Shown piece after piece: positions 17,992 through 26,120 of a DNA stretch of 64,000 nucleotides. Every line of letters begins with the position of its first letter. Position 1 is the first letter of the stretch. Made by a program: the position numbers and the translations under genes. Source of the stretch: a virus (lineage: Duplodnaviria > Caudoviricetes); the IMG/VR virus record IMGVR_UViG_3300050120_000237, positions 1,836 through 65,835 of that record; one strand, written 5' to 3'. Below the pieces are notes generated by a model, which had not been told where the DNA came from, did not search any database, and saw nothing but the letters and a program-made list of their open reading frames with translations.

Positions 17992-18708
17992 TCAGCTTTC
18001 CTTTTTCGGTGGTGTGAGACTGAAACCGAACTGTGACCCGTTGGGGAATGACAGGTCGTGGTCGCCATCGCGGCATTCTACCAGCAGAGTTAGCGTTTTC
18101 ATGTTGGTAAACACCTGCTTGCGTTCGCCGGGGTCCATGCAGGACCAGCCCGCGTCGGCATACAGCACGCTGCCAACGTGCACGTCGGCTTCGCTTACAA
18201 GGCTATGGCTTGCGGCGTCGAACGTGTGCGCGAATGTTGCGGGGCGCACGGCGTTGGGCGCAAAGGTGGCCATCTCCGCGTTGGGCGGCGGTTCGATGCT
18301 GCCCAGACCGCGCGGTGCTGGTGCAGGCGGATGATATGGCAGGTCGTCAACAAACTCGCCGTGCACTTCGTTGTACTGTTCGGAGACGCCGCGATAGGAG
18401 GTCAGGTCAACGATTTTCAGCGGGTCGCCCTGCACTGCGTCTTGCAGGTGCTTGGGCAATTCCCACAGAGACTCGTGCCCATTGCGCATGGCTGTTTCCG
18501 CATCCACCTGCGTGAAGCTGTAAAGCGACGCGCCGGAATGCAGCAGCGGTGCCAGCAGCCTGCCGTTAAAGATGGGCTCGATTTGCAGCATCTTGGCACC
18601 GAAGCGTTCGACTTCGGCGAAGCGCCCGACCAGGCGGCGGTGGCCAAGCATTTCGGCGATGCAGTATTCGCCGGGCGGCAGGGTTGGCTTGGTGTCTGGC
18701 TGGTCCAT
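17992..18708 (-). CDS. Conserved phage hypothetical protein
   Basis: IAEMLGHRRLVGR..EVERFGAKMLQI motif; GAGGA RBS. Confidence 0.65.
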   Translation of the reverse strand: MDQPDTKPTLPPGEYCIAEMLGHRRLVGRFAEVERFGAKMLQIEPIFNGRLLAPLLHSGASLYSFTQVDAETAMRNGHESLWELPKHLQDAVQGDPLKIVDLTSYRGVSEQYNEVHGEFVDDLPYHPPAPAPRGLGSIEPPPNAEMATFAPNAVRPATFAHTFDAASHSLVSEADVHVGSVLYADAGWSCMDPGERKQVFTNMKTLTLLVECRDGDHDLSFPNGSQFGFSLTPPKKES

Positions 18709-18723
18709 GGGCGAGTCCTCTGT

Positions 18724-18738
18724 GTTTACAATGTTGAT
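18724..18738. promoter_or_regulatory. Operator-like palindrome
   Basis: GTTTAC-AAT-GTTGAT just upstream of the 18708 start. Confidence 0.5.
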
Positions 18739-18817
18739 AAACCGGGGAGGGCAGGCGCGCAAGCCGTGGTGCACATACAACCGGCCCTAAATCGGGTGGG
18801 TTAAATCTGTTGACAGG

Positions 18818-19105
18818 TCAGGCGGTGATTCCCGCCGCCCGCTCTTTGGCCACCGCTTCCATGCGGTCCCACCAGCGCCAATACAGGCGCAGGGCCTGCC
18901 GCGCCTTGGGCGGCGTGTTGGCCCATGTCGCGCCGTTGGTGCCGCCAGCTTTCCGCCACAGCCGCGCCAGCGTGGTGCGGCGCCGTTTCATCCATCGCGG
19001 CACCAGCCGCCAATGGTTGCAGCACAGCCACGGGTCGGCTGGCGTCATGTTGCCGCCGACGGTGCGGCGGCAGAACGGCACGCGGCAGTGGCAGCGTTCA
19101 GCCAC
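18818..19105 (-). CDS. Zinc-finger hypothetical protein
   Basis: CRVPFCRRT...WLCCNHWRLVP. Confidence 0.6.
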   Translation of the reverse strand: MAERCHCRVPFCRRTVGGNMTPADPWLCCNHWRLVPRWMKRRRTTLARLWRKAGGTNGATWANTPPKARQALRLYWRWWDRMEAVAKERAAGITA

Positions 19106-19135
19106 GCGAAGTGTAACCTTGGAGGCGCTTGGGTA

Positions 19136-19867
19136 TCATTTCAGCCGTGTTCTCCATTCGCCGGGCCCGACCCGTTCGAACTGGCCAGCTTGCAGCTGCT
19201 GCCGGATTTTCTCGCGCCACCAGCGCTTGCCCTTGGCCTTGGGGTGATCGGCCAAGGCGCGGTACAGGTCGTCGAGGCGCACAGGGCCTTGGGTTTTCTG
19301 CATGTGGTGGGCGATCACCTGCGCCCATGTCTCGCCTATCGCCATCACCAGAACACCGCGCGGGATCTCGAGTGGCCAGAATTTGCCCGGCAGGCCACAG
19401 AACGCAAGCCGTTCGGTGTCGCGCGGGCCATAGGCGACCAGCACGCTGGCGTGGTTGGCGCGTTCGCGGTGGCTGCTGCTGCCATCGGCCCTGCAGAACG
19501 CCTGCCTGCCGAACAGGAACAGCACGCTGCTTGCGCGCTGCCACACCAGCCGGTGGAACGCTTCGGTGTCGGTCGCGGCCGGTATCAGCGCTGTGCCGCG
19601 ACCGTGGCCGACCAGGCGCGCGAGAAAGGCGGACAGCAGCCGGCGCGAATAGGGCGGGTTCAGCCACACCCGGCCAAACCACCGGTTAAGCAGCCCGTTG
19701 TCGGCTTCGGTGTAGGTTTTGGCCGCGGTCGGCCATGGCTGCCATGCTGGCGCGCACGGGTCCAAGTCGAACGGGCCCAGCGCCTCGATGATGGGGCGCG
19801 GCGTAAGCCAGCAATCGCCGGGCGTTGGTTCTTTGGCGGCAGGCGGCAGGTCGAAAAGGTCAGGCAT
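19136..19867 (-). CDS. Phage Dam-family N6-adenine DNA methyltransferase
   Basis: WLTP, FDLDPCA, DNGL, VWLNPPYS, ALIPAATDT. Confidence 0.85.
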   Translation of the reverse strand: MPDLFDLPPAAKEPTPGDCWLTPRPIIEALGPFDLDPCAPAWQPWPTAAKTYTEADNGLLNRWFGRVWLNPPYSRRLLSAFLARLVGHGRGTALIPAATDTEAFHRLVWQRASSVLFLFGRQAFCRADGSSSHRERANHASVLVAYGPRDTERLAFCGLPGKFWPLEIPRGVLVMAIGETWAQVIAHHMQKTQGPVRLDDLYRALADHPKAKGKRWWREKIRQQLQAGQFERVGPGEWRTRLK

Positions 19868-20339
19868 CGGGCACCAGCCAGCGTTCCTTGCGGCGGAAAA
19901 TCTGGTGCGCGTGGTGGGTGGTTATTCCCAGCACGGCGGCAAAAGCTGCCCTGTCTTTGCGGTCAGCCATGGCGCGCAAGGTGCGCACGTCGTCGGGGGT
20001 GATTTTGGTTGGAAAGCGACCCTTGCGGCTGGCGTCTTCGCTGTTCTGTTTGTGCGTGCCCTCGAACAGATGGAGGGGGTTTGCGCAAGGTGGATTGTCG
20101 CAGGTGTGGCAGCCGCACGACCGCTTCCACAACGGGCCGCCCTGCGAAAGCGCCAAGGCCATGCGATGGGCTGGCACTTGGCCGATGCCGGGAAAGCAGA
20201 ACCAGCCATATTCGCCAGATTTGCCACCAAGCCATGGCCAGCACTCGTTGGGGCCGCGAATGTCCACCAAAGGCCAGAACCTTGCCCAGATTAAATCGAT
20301 TTTTGCCGGTCGCGGCCACGTTTCGCGCTTCAAAAACAT
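19860..20339 (-). CDS. HNH endonuclease
   Basis: RFW..VD...ECWPW, AHR, CHTCDNPPCANPLHL..GTHKQN. Confidence 0.88.
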   Translation of the reverse strand: MFLKRETWPRPAKIDLIWARFWPLVDIRGPNECWPWLGGKSGEYGWFCFPGIGQVPAHRMALALSQGGPLWKRSCGCHTCDNPPCANPLHLFEGTHKQNSEDASRKGRFPTKITPDDVRTLRAMADRKDRAAFAAVLGITTHHAHQIFRRKERWLVPDA

Positions 20340-20360
20340 GAGTAACCATAATGGTTTGAC

Positions 20361-20389
20361 TTGAACTGCCGCAAGGCATGCCGTATATT
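20361..20389 (+). promoter_or_regulatory. Sigma70-like promoter of plus-strand cassette
   Basis: TTGAAC-17 bp-TATATT. Confidence 0.55.
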
Positions 20390-20443
20390 CACGGCACGAC
20401 CGCAACGGCATGGGCCGGGCGAAGTTGGCGAAAGGGCCAGAAA

Positions 20444-20671
20444 ATGACGAAAGAACCCACCTACCGCATCGAAGCCTGCAAGGTCCGCCAGCGTCGCGGG
20501 ATTCCGCACATTGGGATTTTCCGCGATGGCGAACCGCGCGGCATTTGGCAGGGCAGCGATGCAGCCCGCGCCTTGGCGCTGGTCGCCGAACTGAACGCCG
20601 CAAGCCCCGCAGGTCGCTTGGCCTGCGAAGACGCCCTGCGCGCCGAAACCATCATCAACCTGAAAGGCTAA
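20444..20671 (+). CDS. Hypothetical protein
   Basis: MTKEPTYRIE..., first of three plus-strand ORFs. Confidence 0.55.
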   Translation: MTKEPTYRIEACKVRQRRGIPHIGIFRDGEPRGIWQGSDAARALALVAELNAASPAGRLACEDALRAETIINLKG

Positions 20672-20677
20672 ACGACC

Positions 20678-20860
20678 ATGAAAACCCTGCAAATCCGCTT
20701 TTCCCTGCTTGCCGCCGCCCTCGGCGCACCCGCCTTTGTCGTGCGCCTGCGCACCACCGACCCGTTCGGGCGCACCCGCACCGAAAACCTCGAATGGGCC
20801 AAGACTCGCGCCATGGCCACGGCCATTGCCGCCGAATACCGCCTGCCGCTGGTGGCATAG
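20678..20860 (+). CDS. Hypothetical protein
   Basis: 60-aa ORF in cassette. Confidence 0.5.
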   Translation: MKTLQIRFSLLAAALGAPAFVVRLRTTDPFGRTRTENLEWAKTRAMATAIAAEYRLPLVA

Positions 20861-20861
20861 G

Positions 20862-21089
20862 ATGGCGCTGGACCGAGAAAAATTCCGCGAAATCATGGCC
20901 TTGTGCTTCGGCAGCGCATGGCAAACCGACCTTGCCAACGCGCTGGGGGTGAATATCCGCACCGTCCAGCGCTGGGCGTCGGGCCAAACCCCGATACCCG
21001 CCCAAATCTGGAAAGCCTCACAGGGCCTCTGCGCGGCCCGTGCGCTGGCGCTTGCCCGGATGGCCGACGAACTCGGGGAATGGCTGTAG
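20862..21089 (+). CDS. XRE-family HTH regulator
   Basis: WQTDLANALGVNIRTVQRWASGQTPIP. Confidence 0.8.
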   Translation: MALDREKFREIMALCFGSAWQTDLANALGVNIRTVQRWASGQTPIPAQIWKASQGLCAARALALARMADELGEWL

Positions 21090-21191
21090 CGCCACGTATG
21101 GCCTTCTGGTGCCATTCTGCGGTCGATCTGCGCGCGCGTGTCCTTCCGGCGTGTGGGGGAGATTATTAACCTTTCGACGTTTTTGGTCATT

Positions 21192-21959
21192 TCACACCTT
21201 GGGCCACTGGTGGGGCCAACCTTTGCCCAGCTTACGGGCTTGGTCTTTGCACAGCTTGAGGCAGCGGGTGTGCAGTGGGTTGGATTGGTCGAGGGCTGCG
21301 GCGACTATGCTGTAGCCGTTGTTGCCCAGCGCTTCTGCCAGCGATTTTTGAAACCGCGCGAGGCGCTCCGCAGGGTCTGCGATGGTGGTGCGCGGCCCAC
21401 CACCAACAGAAGAACTATTCTTACTTTCTTCTGGGTATGGGTATGGGGGCATGCGTTTGGCATATCCAGTGGCATTCGCTAAGTCTTTGTTTTCTATGAA
21501 ATCGGACCCCTTATCGTGGGCCCGATTTGTGACCACCGGGCGGGGGAGGTTTCCCGTTGTGTTCTCTATTTCATCCACAGGGCCGAACAGGTCGGCTTCG
21601 ATGTTATCCACAGGGGGTGTCTCGGGGTCGCTGTTCCACCTTTTGCGCGCGTTCGCCGCCTGCTTGTTACTGAGATTTTCGACATAGGCCCGCTCGCGGG
21701 TCAGCCGCTTTTGCCGCCACATGCCGTCGGCCCCCAAAGTCCAAAACGCCATCACCACAGGCTTGAGGCGGCTCGCCCAATGGCGCGTGTCATTCACCAC
21801 GCGGCCCAGAAACTGGTCGTCGTTCGGCAACGCGCAATCGGCCCGACGCCACGCAGTGCACAGCAGGCGCATGTAAGCCCCAAATTCCGCATTGGTCAGG
21901 TGGTTGGTGTCGCCCAGAAGCGCGTCGGTCCACAGCGGCAGGGCGGGAAATTCAGCCAC
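21192..21959 (-). CDS. DUF1376/YdaU-family replication initiator
   Basis: PLWTDALLGDTNHLTNAEFGAYMRLL..AW, LPNDD, WRQKRL. Confidence 0.85.
   Translation of the reverse strand: MAEFPALPLWTDALLGDTNHLTNAEFGAYMRLLCTAWRRADCALPNDDQFLGRVVNDTRHWASRLKPVVMAFWTLGADGMWRQKRLTRERAYVENLSNKQAANARKRWNSDPETPPVDNIEADLFGPVDEIENTTGNLPRPVVTNRAHDKGSDFIENKDLANATGYAKRMPPYPYPEESKNSSSVGGGPRTTIADPAERLARFQKSLAEALGNNGYSIVAAALDQSNPLHTRCLKLCKDQARKLGKGWPHQWPKV
21571..21612. promoter_or_regulatory. Two DnaA boxes, putative replication origin
   Basis: TCATCCACA (21571-21579) and perfect TTATCCACA (21604-21612) inside the initiator gene. Confidence 0.55.
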
Positions 21960-22458
21960 AGAACAAATCCCCGTTGCTGCCGCTCGCATGGCTGGCGTCC
22001 GGCATTTCAGCCGGCAGCATTTGCCACACCCACAGGCCATGGCGCTTGGTGAAACCGACGTGCCGAAACCCGGCCTTGAGGTAGCAATAGCCGAAAATTT
22101 CGCGCCCGCGCCGTACCGTTGGGCGAACCGCGGTGGGGTCGACGAACGTGACAATGCCCAACGGCGGTGGAGTCCACCGTGCTTTGGTCGCCGCGACCGC
22201 TGCGCGGATTAAATCACTGGCGCGGCCCGGGCCTTCGTTGCGGAAAAGGCTGTTTACCCACGCGCCAGCCCACTGGTGCTTGGTGAACTCGGGAAATGGC
22301 CACGACGTGACCCAGACCGCCTGCCGGTTTTGGGAAAGCAGCACCATGCAGCGGCCCGGCGGAACGAATTGCATGCTGCCGACCGATTGCCGGTTGTAGT
22401 GCCGGTCAGCCAATGCAGCATCTGGTGCATGCGCGCGGTGGGAAGTGCACCAGTTCAT
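21952..22458 (-). CDS. Mom-like (GNAT-fold) putative DNA modification protein
   Basis: LADRHYNRQ, QFVPPGR, FRNEG, SDLIRAA, IVTFVD, GYCYLKAGF. Confidence 0.6.
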   Translation of the reverse strand: MNWCTSHRAHAPDAALADRHYNRQSVGSMQFVPPGRCMVLLSQNRQAVWVTSWPFPEFTKHQWAGAWVNSLFRNEGPGRASDLIRAAVAATKARWTPPPLGIVTFVDPTAVRPTVRRGREIFGYCYLKAGFRHVGFTKRHGLWVWQMLPAEMPDASHASGSNGDLFCG

Positions 22459-22514
22459 GCGATCACCGCGAACAGTGGGCTGTCGCCTGCAATCGGTATT
22501 GTGGATTTTAACGG

Positions 22515-22805
22515 TCACTTGGTTTCCCACACCGCCGCAGCGGCCCACCAGTAATGCTGCGGCCCCTCGCGTTCGTAAACCGCATCCCGGAATGCGTTCC
22601 AGTTTTCGAACCCGTTGGTGCGCGCGAACAGGTTGCGGTCGCGCACCCGGTTAATCAGCGGCCTTTTGCCGACCTTCAAGCTGCGCATGCTGAAATTGAT
22701 TTTCACCTTTTCCAGCGTCACCGTGCCGGTTGCCCGTTCGGGGATCATGCCGCGCAGGTGCGCCGCCTGCATCTGGTGGTAAAGCAGAATGGTGGTCACG
22801 CCCAT
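22515..22805 (-). CDS. Degenerate ASCH-like protein
   Basis: FARTNGFENWNAF resembles FAVSDGFEDWEDL of neighbour. Confidence 0.5.
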   Translation of the reverse strand: MGVTTILLYHQMQAAHLRGMIPERATGTVTLEKVKINFSMRSLKVGKRPLINRVRDRNLFARTNGFENWNAFRDAVYEREGPQHYWWAAAAVWETK

Positions 22806-23170
22806 GCGATGTAGACCCCAGACCAAAGCGGATACACGGCCTTGTGTTCTTTCTTCCAGAAGGCGCGCAGGTCTTCCCAGTCTTCGAAGCCATCACTTAC
22901 CGCGAACTCGTCGCGTTCAGCCTGGTCGCGGATAACTGGGCGCTCGCCGATGCGCACGGTGTCCTTTTTGAAGTCGATTTGCACCGGCTCAACAGCGACG
23001 CATTCCGGGTCGGGGATGATCTTGGCGCAGCCCTTCTGCCGCATCTTTTCGTAAAGCTGCGGACTTTCACCCACGCGCACATGGCGTTTGCGTTCGTTGC
23101 GCATGGTGTGTTTTTTTATCCGCGCTTTGATCTTTGGGACAAAGCGGCCTTTGAAGCCATAGGCGACCAT
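22796..23170 (-). CDS. ASCH/PUA-like domain protein
   Basis: MVAYGFKGRFVPKI...KKHTMR, QLYEKMR, FAVSDGF. Confidence 0.75.
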   Translation of the reverse strand: MVAYGFKGRFVPKIKARIKKHTMRNERKRHVRVGESPQLYEKMRQKGCAKIIPDPECVAVEPVQIDFKKDTVRIGERPVIRDQAERDEFAVSDGFEDWEDLRAFWKKEHKAVYPLWSGVYIAWA

Positions 23171-23595
23171 CAGGCATTCCTTTCGATGTTGGTAAAAATC
23201 GCGTCTTCCACGCGCTGCGCCAGCCACGCAATGACGGGCACAGCCATGGAATTGCCAAGCATCCGGTAGCGCGCGCTATCGGAAATCATCGCGCCGCGGT
23301 GCGGCACCAGCGAATAATCGTCGGGGAAGCGAAGGCCGAAACGCCGCATGTGGCGCGGGCGCAGCGCGGTGAAATCGCCCCACAGCGCGGTGGTGCCCGG
23401 CGCCGCACCTGCGCGCAGGTCGTGGGCTTGGTGGCGATGGCGCAGCACCGATACGGGCGCGTCCTCAATTTCGGAAAGATAGGCTGGCACCCAGCCCAGC
23501 GGGCGCATGGCTTGGCTGGCTGCTTCCATGCCGCTGCACACGCTGCCGAAAGCAATCGGCTGTCCGTCGGGCAGGAGGCGCGCTGTGGCAGGCAT
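23170..23595 (-). CDS. Internally deleted C5-cytosine DNA methyltransferase (mini-MTase or pseudogene)
   Basis: GSVCSGMEAAS, SEIE, GDFT joined to FPDDY...RYRMLGNSMAVPV; no PC, ENV or QRR motifs. Confidence 0.8.
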   Translation of the reverse strand: MPATARLLPDGQPIAFGSVCSGMEAASQAMRPLGWVPAYLSEIEDAPVSVLRHRHQAHDLRAGAAPGTTALWGDFTALRPRHMRRFGLRFPDDYSLVPHRGAMISDSARYRMLGNSMAVPVIAWLAQRVEDAIFTNIERNA

Positions 23596-23726
23596 TGGTG
23601 TTCCTTGGAAATCGGGGGGGCGACCGTCCAAGGAACGGCGCGGTCGCCCCCGCGACACAACCACCATGCCCGTCGGCAGGGTGTACTTTTCCGTCGTGAA
23701 GTGAGTCGGCTTGGGCCGTCAACAAT

Positions 23727-24428
23727 TCACAGCGGGATGCTGTCGAACAGCGGCGCAGGTGCAGGCTTGCAAAACCTGCGGTCGTCGTCGGGATAGTAAA
23801 GGCGGTCGCGCGTGCCCGGTGGCACCGGGTCAACCGGCATGGGCGCGGCACCCTTCTGAAAGAAAAACCACGCATATTCGGTCATGGTGTCGGCGCCTGG
23901 TTTCCAAGGCCCAAGCACCATGGGCACGCGCTCCATGATGGGCGCGCACAGCGTCATGGGGTTTTCGCTGCGATACAGCGGCAGATAGCGTTCGCCAGTG
24001 GAAAGGAACGACAGGCGGCAAAGCAGCGCCACGCCTTTGTTCGCCACTTCCAGCCCGCGCGCAAGAAATTCAGCGGCAAGACCAAAGGGCGGGTTGGTCA
24101 CCACCCAATCCACGTCGGCGAACTGATAGGAACCCGGGGCAAGGAAATCTATGGTGGGATAATTGCAGCCATAGTCGTGAATATCCCCGTTAAATACGTC
24201 GAAATACTCGCGCAACGGCTCGCACATGGTGCCCATGCCGCATGCCGGTTCCAGCAAGGTTTTGGCAGTGGGATCCAAGCGCCGGATGATTTCCGCGCCG
24301 GCTCGGCCGGCCCACGGTGGCGTGCCGTAGAAATCCAGCCGCCGCCACAGTTTCTTCTGTTCGTTGTCGGCTTCGACTTCTGCAGGTGCGCGGGTTTCGA
24401 CCACGGCGCGGCTGGGTGTCTTTGCCAT
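23727..24428 (-). CDS. Putative N6-adenine DNA methyltransferase (NPPF type)
   Basis: DFYGTPPW, LEPACGMG, DIHDYG, VVTNPPF, ALLCRLSFL. Confidence 0.85.
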   Translation of the reverse strand: MAKTPSRAVVETRAPAEVEADNEQKKLWRRLDFYGTPPWAGRAGAEIIRRLDPTAKTLLEPACGMGTMCEPLREYFDVFNGDIHDYGCNYPTIDFLAPGSYQFADVDWVVTNPPFGLAAEFLARGLEVANKGVALLCRLSFLSTGERYLPLYRSENPMTLCAPIMERVPMVLGPWKPGADTMTEYAWFFFQKGAAPMPVDPVPPGTRDRLYYPDDDRRFCKPAPAPLFDSIPL

Positions 24429-24670
24429 CAGCGCGCAGCCATCGCGGCAGCCGGCGCGGCTGGATGCGGTCTGTGCTTCACGCTCGGAATGTTGTCGCAC
24501 AGCGGGTGCACCGTCATGCCGATGCGGTCGGCCCGGCCAATGACGGCGCAGCGCGTGACCTCTCTGCCCGTGGCGATCGAGACGGCAGCTGCAATTTCCC
24601 GCGTGGGCACGCCATAGGCCCAGCCGGTGGTGATGAGCATGTCGGCGATTTGCGGCCAAGCGCAGGTCAT
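24428..24670 (-). CDS. GcrA-like N-terminal HTH domain only
   Basis: W...W..G....EIA...VTRCAVIGRADRIGM versus GcrA VTRNAVIGKVHRLGL. Confidence 0.75.
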   Translation of the reverse strand: MTCAWPQIADMLITTGWAYGVPTREIAAAVSIATGREVTRCAVIGRADRIGMTVHPLCDNIPSVKHRPHPAAPAAAMAAR

Positions 24671-25161
24671 TTTTTCCCCCACGACCATTTCGGGTAAGTG
24701 GTCACCATGCCCCAATACCAAAGCGCGCCCGCGTCGCCTTCGTCGTCGTTCTTGGGATTGCAGCCCAGCATGCGCCAGCGCGCCATGACGGCCTCTTTTG
24801 CTTCCTTGCGCGGCAGGTTTCCGTGGCCAATGAAACATTTGCGGACGGTCTGCACGTTCTGGCGCACATACACGGCGCCGCCAGCAACCGCAGCAGCCAT
24901 GGCCACACCGCACAGGAAAAACGCGCTTTCCACGTTGTGCTGGTCGCGGCCCTGCTTCAAGAAAGGGGCTTCGATAAGCACGATTTTAACGCCCATCATT
25001 TTGACCATCGGCGTCACCCATTCCTGAATGATGGCGACCGACCGCGGTTCATTGTGCTGCGACACACCGGGCAGCAAAAGCGTGCCGAATTTTGGGGTGG
25101 TGGACTCGGGTCCACCAAGGCACCACCCCAAAGACGTGGCAATGTCGAGTGCCAGAAGCAT
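24667..25161 (-). CDS. RuvC-like Holliday junction resolvase
   Basis: LLALDIATSLGW, VLIEAP, RKCFIGHG, DDEGDAGALW. Confidence 0.8.
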   Translation of the reverse strand: MLLALDIATSLGWCLGGPESTTPKFGTLLLPGVSQHNEPRSVAIIQEWVTPMVKMMGVKIVLIEAPFLKQGRDQHNVESAFFLCGVAMAAAVAGGAVYVRQNVQTVRKCFIGHGNLPRKEAKEAVMARWRMLGCNPKNDDEGDAGALWYWGMVTTYPKWSWGKK

Positions 25162-25163
25162 TT

Positions 25164-25829
25164 CTAGTTGGGCTTCTGCACTTCGGTATCGGCAGTCTCG
25201 CCGGGCAGCTTGTCGTCCGGCCACACGTCCTGCGCGGTCGGCTCGGGCTTCTGTTCTTCGGCGGCCGGCGTGTCGGTGCCGTCTTCCGGGCCCAGCGCCG
25301 CATCGACCTGTTCATTGGTCTGGCCAAGGTGTTCGCCCGTTGCGTGCGCATGCCCGCGCGCCCAACGCTTGTGCGGCTTTGAACCAGGCGGATAAGGGTT
25401 GGGGCGCGTGTGCCCACCCTTCGCTGTTTCATAGCCGGCGCGATAAGCCTGTTCGTCGGGCGTGCCCTTCGCGGTGTCGAAAATCATAAGCTGGAACGGC
25501 TGCCCCTGTTCCTTCATGTGTTCGATAAGCTGCGCATAGAAGTTGCGCATCACCATGGGGTCTTTCTTCGACTTGGACATGGCCATGCGAATGGCGGCGG
25601 TATCAATGCCGCATTCTTCCGCCTGCTTGTACGCATTGCGCAGGTGGCCGGACGCTTCGTCCATCTTGGCCTTGTAGCCCATGATGGTGTTGTAGTGGTG
25701 TTTTAGGTCTTTGGGCTGGGGCAGATTGAGGCGCGGGGCCTCGCCTGCGGCAGCAGCTTGCATGTCCTTTGTGGATTTGGCGTCGCGGTCGGCTTTTTTC
25801 TTCCCGCGCTGCCCGTTTACTTTTGCCAT
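25164..25829 (-). CDS. GapR (DUF2312)-like domain plus Rmf-like NPY..W..G domain
   Basis: LRNAYKQAEECGID..AIR..M...KKD; AYRAGY...PNPYPPGS...WARG. Confidence 0.6.
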   Translation of the reverse strand: MAKVNGQRGKKKADRDAKSTKDMQAAAAGEAPRLNLPQPKDLKHHYNTIMGYKAKMDEASGHLRNAYKQAEECGIDTAAIRMAMSKSKKDPMVMRNFYAQLIEHMKEQGQPFQLMIFDTAKGTPDEQAYRAGYETAKGGHTRPNPYPPGSKPHKRWARGHAHATGEHLGQTNEQVDAALGPEDGTDTPAAEEQKPEPTAQDVWPDDKLPGETADTEVQKPN

Positions 25830-25878
25830 GAACTCTCTCCGGGTTGGTGTTTTCACCTCTCCCGAAGGCACCCCAAAT

Positions 25879-26112
25879 TTACTTGCGCCTTTTTGCTGGC
25901 GCTTTTTTCAACCGCCAGACGCGGATTTCCGCGCCTTCGGTTCTGCTTTTGAACTTCCGGTCTTCCTTGACGGTCAGCCGGGTGGCAATGGACCGCACGC
26001 TGGTGGCCATTTCAGCCGGGAAAGCGTGGGAATCACCGACCCCCAAGGCCCGCAATGTGGCGCTTATATCCACAGGGGGAGGGGGGGAACGGTCTTTTTC
26101 TAGGTTTTTCAT
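25879..26112 (-). CDS. Small basic DNA-binding protein, first gene of left arm
   Basis: LGVGDSH...FKSRTEGAEIRVWR. Confidence 0.65.
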   Translation of the reverse strand: MKNLEKDRSPPPPVDISATLRALGVGDSHAFPAEMATSVRSIATRLTVKEDRKFKSRTEGAEIRVWRLKKAPAKRRK

Positions 26113-26120
26113 GCAAATAA

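Noticed and set aside
26066-26074. ATATCCACA DnaA-like box
   Set aside because: Single mismatched copy in a coding region; could be chance
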